Of a stretch of DNA of 35,491 nucleotides, positions 17,976-25,880 are shown piece by piece. The notes under the pieces are model-generated. The model made no database searches. It was not told the DNA's origin and worked only from the letters and a program-made list of their open reading frames with translations. Positions within the stretch are counted from its first letter, which is position 1; every line of letters starts with the position of its first letter. The DNA lies in the NCBI GenBank assembly GCA_015486475.1, contig WFRO01000126.1:1-35491 (forward strand), in the 5' to 3' direction. The translations under genes and the position numbers were made by a program. This DNA is from Bacteroidales bacterium (GTDB lineage: Bacteria > Bacteroidota > Bacteroidia > Bacteroidales > VadinHA17).

Positions 17976-18497
17976 ATGATGATGAAAAAGCGGGTTTTCA
18001 AATACATCGTATTCGGGTTCATGGTGACTGTGCTGCTGTGGTCATGCCGCAAGATCGAGCATTACCCGCCCGAGCCACAGATATCTTACTCCGGATTCCT
18101 CCTGCGTGACTCGGTGGACTACCTGGGGAACAGCATCCTGACCGGCACCCTTTCTTTCCGCTTCATCGACGGCGACGGCGACCTGGGAATGCCCAACCTC
18201 GACTCTCTGGTGGTGGGAGATTCCACCACCTCCAACCTCTTTTTCACGCTATACTATCTGAAAGACAATACGCTCATCCCTGCCGATGAGAACGATGTAA
18301 AAACACCCCTGAACTACCGCATCCCCTACATTAAAATGCTCGGCAGGGACAAGACCATGAAAGGTGAGATCCGGGTGACTTTCTTCTATATCAACTTTCC
18401 CTATGACACCATTAAATACACATTTTTTGTCGTCGACAGGGCCGGGAACCACAGTAACACCGAAGAGACACCCTTGCTGGTGCTGCCAACGGAATAG
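17976..18497 (+). CDS. Lipoprotein of unknown function
   Basis: 173 aa from the ATG at 17976 (the ORF track starts at TTG 17943). It has a signal peptide and lipobox (VTVLLWSC). I recognise no family. It lies directly downstream of der. Confidence 0.55.
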   Translation: MMMKKRVFKYIVFGFMVTVLLWSCRKIEHYPPEPQISYSGFLLRDSVDYLGNSILTGTLSFRFIDGDGDLGMPNLDSLVVGDSTTSNLFFTLYYLKDNTLIPADENDVKTPLNYRIPYIKMLGRDKTMKGEIRVTFFYINFPYDTIKYTFFVVDRAGNHSNTEETPLLVLPTE

Positions 18498-18539
18498 GTT
18501 TTTGTTGGGAGACCGTAATGACACCATGATAAAGCGATG

Positions 18540-18559
18540 CCTGCCTGCCGGTAGGCAGG
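18540..18559. other. 20-bp palindromic hairpin flanked by an exact 8-bp direct repeat
   Basis: CCTGCCT-gccggt-AGGCAGG spans 18540-18559. It is immediately flanked by AAGCGATG (18532-18539) and AAGCGATG (18560-18567). Confidence 0.6.
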
Positions 18560-18566
18560 AAGCGAT

Positions 18567-18622
18567 GAGAAATGAGAAATGAGTAAGGAGAAAAGAGTAA
18601 GGAGTAGGGAGTAGGGAGCGAT
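18567..18622. repeat. Degenerate heptanucleotide tandem array (GAGNNNN x 8)
   Basis: The units read GAGAAAT GAGAAAT GAGTAAG GAGAAAA GAGTAAG GAGTAGG GAGTAGG GAGCGAT. Downstream, ACTCCAAACT occurs twice (18630-18639 and 18646-18655) and can pair with the GGAGTAGGGAGT part of the array (18601-18612). Confidence 0.7.
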
Positions 18623-18707
18623 GATAGTCACTCCAAACTCCAGGCACTCCAAACTTCTTCAAACTACTGGGGGAAGGAAGCTGGGTCGAAAATGAAGTGA
18701 TGAAGCT

Positions 18708-18732
18708 CCGCCTTCGCCTGTAGCTAAGGCGG
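18708..18732. other. Second hairpin flanked by an 8-bp direct repeat
   Basis: CCGCCTT-cgcctgtagct-AAGGCGG spans 18708-18732. It is flanked by GATGAAGC (18699-18706) and GATGAAGC (18739-18746). Confidence 0.55.
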
Positions 18733-18816
18733 ACAAAGGATGAAGCGAAGGAGTGGAAAGACCGGATCTTTGTCAAAGCGTCATTCAGGCAACGGTCCAT
18801 TATAAAAATTACAAAA

Positions 18817-19554
18817 ATGATCACAGAAAACACCAAAATGGTGGACCTGGTGCACCGGAATTATTCCCTGATCTCCGTCCTGCATCGTTTTGGCATTGCC
18901 CTCGGCTTCGAAGACAAGACCATACGTGAAGTATGCCGGGAGAAAGATCTGGATATACGGTTCTTTCTGGAGATCATCAACTCTTTTCTGGACCATGATT
19001 ATTTCCCGAGGGAACACCTCATCTCTTTCCCCTTACAACTGATCGTAGACTACCTTACACAAACGCATCAGGATTATCTCGGAAAAAGGATCCCCGAAAT
19101 AGAGGCGATCATCTCCGACAGCGAAAATCCCTGTTATGAGAAAGAAGAACATAATTTCCTGCTGATAAAATTCTTCAGGGAGTACAAAAATGAGCTGATC
19201 GTACACATCCGGCGGGAGGACGAGAAGGTCTTCCCCTACACCCTGCAGGTCGAACAGTACTATCTCACCGGCCGGGGCCCGGATCCGCTGACCGGATATT
19301 CCATCATGGATTACCTCCAGGAGCATGACGATATTGAAGAAAAGCTCTTCGACCTGAAGAACATCATCATCAAGTATCTTCCCCCGCCCCGCAATCCCGA
19401 TGCCTGTTACCACGTCATCGCCATGCTTTTCGACCTGGAAAAGGATATGCAGGACCACAGCCGTATCGAAGAGAAGGTGCTGGTCCCGAAAGTGGCCCTG
19501 ATGGAGAAAAGCATCCGGGAACAGGCGCACGGGGATAAATCTTCGGGGGTATGA
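18817..19554 (+). CDS. Hemerythrin-like di-iron protein with ScdA_N-like N-terminal domain (RIC/YtfE-like architecture)
   Basis: 245 aa. The N-terminus VDLVHRNYSLISVLHRFGIALGFEDKTIREVCREKDLDIRFF resembles the ScdA_N/DUF542 domain. It is followed by repeated H-x3-E motifs (HIRREDEKVF, EHDDIEEKLF, DHSRIEEKVL) plus THQDYL, as in HHE hemerythrin cation-binding domains. Confidence 0.65.
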   Translation: MITENTKMVDLVHRNYSLISVLHRFGIALGFEDKTIREVCREKDLDIRFFLEIINSFLDHDYFPREHLISFPLQLIVDYLTQTHQDYLGKRIPEIEAIISDSENPCYEKEEHNFLLIKFFREYKNELIVHIRREDEKVFPYTLQVEQYYLTGRGPDPLTGYSIMDYLQEHDDIEEKLFDLKNIIIKYLPPPRNPDACYHVIAMLFDLEKDMQDHSRIEEKVLVPKVALMEKSIREQAHGDKSSGV

Positions 19555-20150
19555 GCCAGATAAGCTTCCTGATCTTCTCCGGCTCCTATATCTTCCGGAC
19601 CGGTCTGCGATCTCTGCTCGAAGAGCTGGAGATCACACAAAAAGTATATCTGGCAGAAGATATTGACAAAGCCCTGAAAGTACAGGCGGACATCCTTTTC
19701 CTCGATACCCTGCAGGTCTCCCCTGCCAGCCTGCCGGCCGCATGGACAGAAGGGCCTCACAAACCGGTGATCGTCGGGCTGCTGCCTCATACGGATGGTG
19801 AGCCGTCAGAGTACAGGGAGATCTGGGATCACTTCCTGGATCTTTCCCTGACCAAAAGCGAACTGCTGGAGAAGATACGCAGGATCATCCGGGAAAGCGG
19901 CTTTGAAGAGCATCCTGCCCCGCGGGAAGAAAAACTCAGTGAACGGGAAAAAACCATCCTGCGCCTCGTGGCCCTCGGCCATACCAACAGGGACATTGCG
20001 GAAAAACTATTCATCAGCACCCACACGGTGATCACCCACCGGAAGAACATCACCCGGAAAATAGGGATCAAAACCGTTTCCGGTCTTACGGTCTATGCTT
20101 TGCTGAACCATCTGGTGGAAATGGATGAGATCCAGGAGCAGACCGGCTGA
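19551..20150 (+). CDS. LuxR/FixJ-type HTH transcriptional regulator with degenerate (pseudo-)receiver N-terminal domain
   Basis: 199 aa. The C-terminal GerE/LuxR HTH is LSEREKTILRLVALGHTNRDIAEKLFISTHTVITHRKNITRKIGIKT. The N-terminal half is receiver-like (DILFLD) but lacks the beta1 acidic pair (FLIFSGS). Its ATG overlaps the upstream stop (ATGA at 19551-19554). Confidence 0.75.
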   Translation: MSQISFLIFSGSYIFRTGLRSLLEELEITQKVYLAEDIDKALKVQADILFLDTLQVSPASLPAAWTEGPHKPVIVGLLPHTDGEPSEYREIWDHFLDLSLTKSELLEKIRRIIRESGFEEHPAPREEKLSEREKTILRLVALGHTNRDIAEKLFISTHTVITHRKNITRKIGIKTVSGLTVYALLNHLVEMDEIQEQTG

Positions 20151-20155
20151 ATTCC

Positions 20156-23100
20156 TTACAACTGGAGCCCCATAAAGAGAACATCATCCACCTGGAAACT
20201 GTCTCCTTTCCAGTCCAGGAAATAGTTCTTCACCCGCTCATACTGCTTGTCCATGGGCAGGGTGTGGATCCCCTCGAGCATCTCTTTCACCCTTTCCACT
20301 TTCATTTTCTTTCCTTTCGGCCCGCCGAACTGGTCGGGATAACCATCGGAAAAGAGATATATGGTATCGCCGGAGCCCAGGTCATATTCCTGATCATCGA
20401 ACACCTTGTCCCCCGTAAACTCGCCTCCCACACCACTGCGGTTGCCCCGGATATAGAACAGCTCATGGTCGATAAAAAGGATCACGGGCCGCATGGCCGA
20501 AGCGAATTTGATGTGCCGTGTGGAGGGATTGATCTCCAGCACCGTGATATCCATGCCGTCATTCGACTTGCCCTGCCGGTCCTGGTTGAGGGACATCACG
20601 ATCTCCCGGTCCAGGAACATCAGCAACTGCGAGGGCGACTCATACCGCCCCTGGTTGGTGAGGTCTTTGATCAGCGTCGAGCCGATCATCGACATAAAAG
20701 CACCCGGCACACCATGTCCTGTGGAGTCGGCACACACCACCAGGAAACGGTCTTCATCCACCGGACCCCACCAGTAAAAGTCACCGCTCACAATATCCCG
20801 CGGCAGGTAGAAAACGAACGAACCGGGGAACACATCATGGAGCTTCGCCAAAGGAGGCAGGATGTTCCGCTGTATCCTCCGGGCATAGTTGATGCTGTCA
20901 GTGATCTCCTTGTTCTTCACCTCCAGCTCCTCTTTCTTCTCGATCACCTCTTTCGTGCGTTTTTCCAGCTCGGTCTTGAGATACTCTTCCAGGCGGATGT
21001 GATTGCGCTCCCGTACTTTCAGGATGACCCCAAAGGCACTGATCAGCAATAGGAAAGCCAGTACGAAGAACCACCAGGTCTTCCAGAAAGGTTTCTTGAT
21101 GATGATCCGTATGGCCACCGGATCTTTCGTGCTGTATCCCGAGCTGTTATATGCCTTCAGCAGGAAAGTGTATTTCCCGTCCTCCAGGCGGGGGTAGTAA
21201 GCAAAGCCATTGGTGGTCAGATCCGACCAGCCTTCATCATAATTCTCCAGCTTGTACTGGTAAGTAACCTCCTGGGGATCCCGGAAGCTGATGCCCAGGA
21301 AATCGATCCTCACCCGGTAACGACCGTAAGGCATTACGATCTTATCCGTTACCGGCAGTTTCTTGTCAGAAAAGACCAGGGAAAGAATATGGGTCTTCGG
21401 AGGGATGGAATCCGCTTTCTCATTGGCAGGATCAAAACGTATGACCCCGCTGGTCGTTCCGAACCACACCCTGCCTTTCGTATCCGTGCAGACAGCATTG
21501 GTATTGCATTCGGCAGAGATGCCATGTTTTTCCGAGTAGGTCCGCACCTTCATTTTATCCGGGTAGATACGGCTCACCCCCGTGCTGTGCCCCACCCATA
21601 TACTCCCGGGCACGGCAGCCAGACTGTAACAATAGTTGGATACGAGGCCCGATCTGTCAAGATAGTTGTAGAAGGTATCCCGTGTGACCTCGATCACCCC
21701 GCTGCCATAGGAGCCTATCCAGACATTGCCGTCAGCATCGCGGGTGATCGATTTCATCTGGGTGCGCGTGATCATTTCCGGGAAACGGTATACCCTGCTG
21801 ATGGAATCGCGGGAGATCACATAAAGACCGTCGGCCATGGTAGCCAGCCAGGCCTTACCATCTTTGTCCAGATAAATATCATTCACATTGTTATAAGGAA
21901 GGCCTTCGTTCGTGGAATATTTCCGTACCAGGTGCCCGTCCCTGTTGAACCGCAGTACACCGCTGGCTGTTCCGGCCCATACGTCTTTTTCATCACCGGT
22001 GATACAGTTGATGGTATTCTCCAGCTGATTGCCGGAATGGAACAGCGGGGTCACCTTGTCTCCCTGCACCAGGAAGATCCCTGCCCCCCCGGTACCGGCC
22101 CAGATACGTCCCTCCTTATCCTGGTAAACCGACGTTATGGTTTCTTTGGGCAATCCCTGCCTCCACGAATACACATGTTCAATCCCTTTCACCTCACAGG
22201 GTCTCACCAGGAGCCCTCCGTCGCCGGCCACCACCAGCTGATCCCCCCTGCTTGCCAGGGCAGTGATATTGTTGCCGGGGACAGGAGAAGGGAAATGGTA
22301 AAAGACGACCGACTCCTCCGGCAGGAAGACCAGCCCCTGACCGTAGGTGCCGATCCAGATATTGTGTTCAAAATCTTCAAAAACGCACTGAATGTTCCGG
22401 CTTTTCAATCCCCGTTCGTTGAGATCCTCTGTCTGCCCCTCCTTCGTGATCCTGAAAAGACCGTCACCCAGGGTGCTCACCCACAGGGCTCCCCTGCTGT
22501 CCCGGTAGAGGCCGGTTATGTTCATCTCTGCCATCTCCCGGTACAGCGGCGGGATCTCGGCAGCGAAACCCTTCGCCGGCTCCAGCCGCCACACGCCTTT
22601 CCCCCGGGTACCGGCCAGCAGGCCGTCACCGTTCTTACAGAAGGCCTGTATTTTCACCGGCGGGATCTCATCAAGCTTTTTCAACGCTTTCACGGTGTCC
22701 GCTTCCGGGTCAAAGATACCGGTGTATAACCCTTCAAAGGTACCGATCAGCAGCTTGTTCCCGGACAAAGCCAGGGCACTGATCTGGCTCACCCGGCCCC
22801 CGATCCTTTTCACTGCTCCTCCCCCCTCGCCGGGAGAGATCAGGAAAAGCCCTCCCGTCTGGGAGGCCACGATGATCCTGCCTCCGGGCAACATACCGAT
22901 CCCGCTGATGCGGCTCTTTGAGAACTGCGGGATATCATAGAAAGTGAAGTCACCCTGATGCAGTTTCCCCACCCAGCCATTGCTGAAACCGAACCAGAGA
23001 TCTCCCTGCGTATCCTGGTAACTTACCGTGGCAAAACCCTGACCCAGCGTGTCGGACAAAGAGGCTTTCCTGAAAGCGCGACCGTCAAAACGGACCAGCT

Positions 23101-23281
23101 CGGTGCCTGTGCCGATCCATAAAAATCCCCGATCATCTTCCCGGATGCTGTAAACAAAATTGTTGGGCAATCCGTTGGCTACATCATAACTCCTGAAGTG
23201 GTACTGCTGGGCATCCAGGCCGGCATATCCCGGAAGAAGGAAAAACAGAAAAAGTAGCCACCGGGTCGAAAATGATTTCAT
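20156..23281 (-). CDS. Periplasmic beta-propeller/Y_Y_Y sensor fused through one TM helix to a PP2C-type (SpoIIE/RsbU-like) serine phosphatase
   Basis: 1041 aa with a signal peptide. It has many two-component-regulator-propeller repeats (e.g. GLPNNFVYSIREDDRGFLWIGT) and a Y_Y_Y domain (VTYQYKLENYDEGWSDL...GKYTFLLKAYN). A TM helix (WWFFVLAFLLLISAFGVIL) and a coiled coil follow. The SpoIIE domain reads ARRIQRNILPP...SGDFYWW...CADSTGHGVPGAFMSMIG...FSDGYPDQFGG. Confidence 0.85.
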   Translation of the reverse strand: MKSFSTRWLLFLFFLLPGYAGLDAQQYHFRSYDVANGLPNNFVYSIREDDRGFLWIGTGTELVRFDGRAFRKASLSDTLGQGFATVSYQDTQGDLWFGFSNGWVGKLHQGDFTFYDIPQFSKSRISGIGMLPGGRIIVASQTGGLFLISPGEGGGAVKRIGGRVSQISALALSGNKLLIGTFEGLYTGIFDPEADTVKALKKLDEIPPVKIQAFCKNGDGLLAGTRGKGVWRLEPAKGFAAEIPPLYREMAEMNITGLYRDSRGALWVSTLGDGLFRITKEGQTEDLNERGLKSRNIQCVFEDFEHNIWIGTYGQGLVFLPEESVVFYHFPSPVPGNNITALASRGDQLVVAGDGGLLVRPCEVKGIEHVYSWRQGLPKETITSVYQDKEGRIWAGTGGAGIFLVQGDKVTPLFHSGNQLENTINCITGDEKDVWAGTASGVLRFNRDGHLVRKYSTNEGLPYNNVNDIYLDKDGKAWLATMADGLYVISRDSISRVYRFPEMITRTQMKSITRDADGNVWIGSYGSGVIEVTRDTFYNYLDRSGLVSNYCYSLAAVPGSIWVGHSTGVSRIYPDKMKVRTYSEKHGISAECNTNAVCTDTKGRVWFGTTSGVIRFDPANEKADSIPPKTHILSLVFSDKKLPVTDKIVMPYGRYRVRIDFLGISFRDPQEVTYQYKLENYDEGWSDLTTNGFAYYPRLEDGKYTFLLKAYNSSGYSTKDPVAIRIIIKKPFWKTWWFFVLAFLLLISAFGVILKVRERNHIRLEEYLKTELEKRTKEVIEKKEELEVKNKEITDSINYARRIQRNILPPLAKLHDVFPGSFVFYLPRDIVSGDFYWWGPVDEDRFLVVCADSTGHGVPGAFMSMIGSTLIKDLTNQGRYESPSQLLMFLDREIVMSLNQDRQGKSNDGMDITVLEINPSTRHIKFASAMRPVILFIDHELFYIRGNRSGVGGEFTGDKVFDDQEYDLGSGDTIYLFSDGYPDQFGGPKGKKMKVERVKEMLEGIHTLPMDKQYERVKNYFLDWKGDSFQVDDVLFMGLQL

Positions 23282-23295
23282 GGATCAGATAATGC

Positions 23296-24309
23296 TTAAC
23301 GTTTCTTTTTAATGGGTTTGGCTGCCGCTCCGTACTGGAACTTAGGCACCCCTCCGATCGGGACGGTATGGAAAGGCAGCAGCTCGCCGTACTGGTTACG
23401 TACGGAGATGACCACATTGTTGTTCCTTACCAACGGATCCTTCCGCTTGATGAACTGAAAGTCAAAAGAGGTGTTCTTTTCCTTGTCCACGATCTTGAAC
23501 TCGCTCTCGGCCCATTCATCCTCTCCCGAGACCTTGTTGAGCTGATACAGACGCGCTACTGTCACCGTGCGTATCTCCCCGTCACTGTCCCAGTCGAAGT
23601 TGGTCTGCTTGATCGACACCACCCGGTTGTCAACATAAGGATAGATATGGGAAATGTTCACGGTATCGTTCCAGAGCCTGAAACCATACTCATACGTGAA
23701 AGCATCCCCTCCCTCAATGGGTAAGTTCTTGTCGGCGGAAGTGCTGAGGTAATAGTTATAAAGGTTGCCGTCATCCCCGTCCACCCCCAGGGTGATGATC
23801 TTGAAAATATATCCCTGGAACTCCTCGGCATACTCTCCCTCCGTGGGATTGAAAGGCCCGAAAGTGTACCAACTGGTGTCATACTCCGGCGAGAGACCGA
23901 AGGTTTTGGAGGCCAGCAGGTTGCCGTTGCGGAAGGTGCCGGAGGGATCGATATCGTCGGTCCAGCATCCTTCTCCGCCATAGACCGAGAATTCGGTCTT
24001 TGTATTGAAAAAACCGTTTATCTCATCCACCTCACCGCCCGTATCCGGGTCATAAACACGAATGTAAAAAGGATCATGATAGCTTTTGGGCACTATGAAA
24101 AAAAAGATGTTGCAAAAATCATCATCGCCCCACGAGGTTTCCGCATTTTTCCCGAAAGTCACCAGATGGGGGATGTTCTCCACCTTGGCCGGCACCGGCT
24201 GGGCACCGCTCAGGAAAGGAAAGAACAGAAGTATAAGCCCCGTTACACCAACTGTCAGAAGGTATTTTAAGGAATTTTTGTCAAGCAGTGATCTGTACTC
24301 CATACGCAT
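23296..24309 (-). CDS. Secreted or membrane-anchored protein of unknown function
   Basis: 337 aa. An N-terminal hydrophobic segment (YLLTVGVTGLILLFFPFLSGAQP) is present. The rest is rich in D/E/G/Y/F, has a basic C-terminal tail (KPIKKKR), and contains no motif I recognise. It ends 14 nt upstream of the Y_Y_Y-PP2C gene. Confidence 0.6.
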   Translation of the reverse strand: MRMEYRSLLDKNSLKYLLTVGVTGLILLFFPFLSGAQPVPAKVENIPHLVTFGKNAETSWGDDDFCNIFFFIVPKSYHDPFYIRVYDPDTGGEVDEINGFFNTKTEFSVYGGEGCWTDDIDPSGTFRNGNLLASKTFGLSPEYDTSWYTFGPFNPTEGEYAEEFQGYIFKIITLGVDGDDGNLYNYYLSTSADKNLPIEGGDAFTYEYGFRLWNDTVNISHIYPYVDNRVVSIKQTNFDWDSDGEIRTVTVARLYQLNKVSGEDEWAESEFKIVDKEKNTSFDFQFIKRKDPLVRNNNVVISVRNQYGELLPFHTVPIGGVPKFQYGAAAKPIKKKR

Positions 24310-24365
24310 CCATCAAGACCGGTTGTAAAAATAAGGAAAAAAATCTGAACCCGGTTTACACAACG

Positions 24366-24396
24366 AAAAATCTCGGGAAATTTCCGCCTCCCGGGA
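24366..24396 (-). terminator. Possible Rho-independent terminator after the PD40/PKD gene
   Basis: On the minus strand, UCCCGGGA-ggcggaaauu-UCCCGAGA forms 7 of 8 pairs and is followed by U5 (plus-strand A-run 24366-24370). It lies about 80 nt after the stop at 24474. The stem has one mismatch, so the call is tentative. Confidence 0.35.
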
Positions 24397-24473
24397 CATG
24401 TTACGTTGTACGAAGAAACGATGAGAAAGTTTGCACGCCGGGCTCCCTCAGCATACGGTGAAAGAGATCCCGT

Positions 24474-25877
24474 TCAGTCCCCTTTGTATACCGCAATTTC
24501 AAGATAAACACACTTGTCCACAGTATTGCCTGTGGTGGTAAGCCCTCTCACCAGCAGCCGCACCATATAGATGCCGGGAGTATGGTAAACGGTTTTTATC
24601 TCCACGCCCTGGTCCAGGTTGCCGTTGCCCAAATCCCAGTAATACTCCTGGGGCTGGAAGCCCGGGATGTTCGTCTCTGCCCCGCTGAGGGTGATCGTAT
24701 CCCCGATCACACAACTGTCGGGAGACGTGATCGTGGGATCCTGCTGCTCCACCACCTCCACCATGTAAGAAGCCACCGACTCGCGGGCCTGTTTGGTGAT
24801 CTTGTCTACCACGCTCAGCCGGGCAATGTATTTCCCCGGGGCATCATAACAGTGCTCCACCTCATGGCCATAGCCGCTCTGGCCATCCCCGAAATCCCAT
24901 TTGTACAGGATGGGGATCGTGTCGGTACCCTTGCTCTGGGTCTCGTAAAAAAGGAAACAGTTCACCGGCTCTTCCACAGGCCGGCAGCCCTTCATCTCCG
25001 GCAGCAGGGAAGTAAAGAGAAATATGTTGTCATTGCCTCTTCTCGACGAACTGAACAGCCCGGCATGCATGGTGGTGTCGATGATATAGGCATAGTCGTC
25101 GGCAGGGGAGTTGAACGGGACATCCAGATGCACCGGATCGATCCACTCACCGTCCACAAAAGCCGTAAAATAGATATCCAGTTTTCCCAGCGTGCCGGGA
25201 CGGTCGGAAGCAAAGAAAAGCCGCCCGGAAGGATGATAATAAGGAAACAGGTCCCGCCCGGCACTGTTGACCCTGGAACCCATGTTCTTCGGCTGCGACC
25301 ATTTTCCACCCACACGGTAGCAGACATACAGGTCGGACATACCCGACCCGCCCGGTTTGTCAGAGGCAAAGAACAACATCTTCCCGTCAGCGCTTACTGC
25401 CGGATGGCCTGTGTTGTAAGCAGGATCATTGTATGCAAATGGCTGTACCTGCCCCCACTGCCCGTTCTGGTATTTCACCAGATAGATGCCTGTAGGATTG
25501 GCCTGCTTCCTGTTTTTCTTGTCCAGGAGCTGGTTACGCGTAAAATAGAGGGTCTGGTCCTTAAAATCATAGCTCATAGGACCGTCATTCACAAAGCTGT
25601 TGATCCCCTTGAGCTTTACCGGCCGTCCGTAATGAACGCTGTCCTTGCGTTCCACAAAATAGATATTGGTAGTACGCCCCCCGCTGGTCATACGGTAATC
25701 CTTGAACACATCCCCCAGCCTGTCGGAAGTGAAAAGGATCCCCCCCTCGAAGAATGCAGGAGCATAATCATTGGCCGAGCCCATGCTGAACGGGGCCACC
25801 CTGATCTCCCAGAGCGACTGGGCCCGCAGACCCGTCAACGGTACCAGAAAAAACAATATGAACAGGATCTTTCTCAC
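24474..25877 (-). CDS. Secreted PD40 (TolB-like beta-propeller) repeat protein with two C-terminal PKD domains
   Basis: 467 aa with a signal peptide. PD40-type repeats are present (FTSDRLGD..., MLFFASDKPGGSGMSDLYVC, RLFFASDRPGTLGKLDIYFT). Two PKD signatures follow (WDFGDGQSGYGHEVEHCYDAPGKYIARLSV and WDLGNGNLDQGVEIKTVYHTPGIYMVRLLV). No OmpA-like C-terminal domain is visible. Confidence 0.8.
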   Translation of the reverse strand: MRKILFILFFLVPLTGLRAQSLWEIRVAPFSMGSANDYAPAFFEGGILFTSDRLGDVFKDYRMTSGGRTTNIYFVERKDSVHYGRPVKLKGINSFVNDGPMSYDFKDQTLYFTRNQLLDKKNRKQANPTGIYLVKYQNGQWGQVQPFAYNDPAYNTGHPAVSADGKMLFFASDKPGGSGMSDLYVCYRVGGKWSQPKNMGSRVNSAGRDLFPYYHPSGRLFFASDRPGTLGKLDIYFTAFVDGEWIDPVHLDVPFNSPADDYAYIIDTTMHAGLFSSSRRGNDNIFLFTSLLPEMKGCRPVEEPVNCFLFYETQSKGTDTIPILYKWDFGDGQSGYGHEVEHCYDAPGKYIARLSVVDKITKQARESVASYMVEVVEQQDPTITSPDSCVIGDTITLSGAETNIPGFQPQEYYWDLGNGNLDQGVEIKTVYHTPGIYMVRLLVRGLTTTGNTVDKCVYLEIAVYKGD

Positions 25878-25880
25878 TTT

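Noticed and set aside
18567-18622. Possible CRISPR array (this heptamer array, and the 12-bp array at 35259-35318)
   Set aside because: The repeat units are 7 and 12 bp and directly abut each other with no spacers. CRISPR repeats are roughly 24-48 bp and are separated by unique spacers of similar size. No cas genes are present in the window.
18249-18836. A 195-aa minus-strand ORF spanning the non-coding repeat region
   Set aside because: It overlaps the 3' end of the lipoprotein gene and the 5' end of the hemerythrin gene. Its middle is simply the translation of the heptamer array and hairpins (LLPTPYSFLLTHFSFLI). It has no plausible start context. I treat the region as non-coding.
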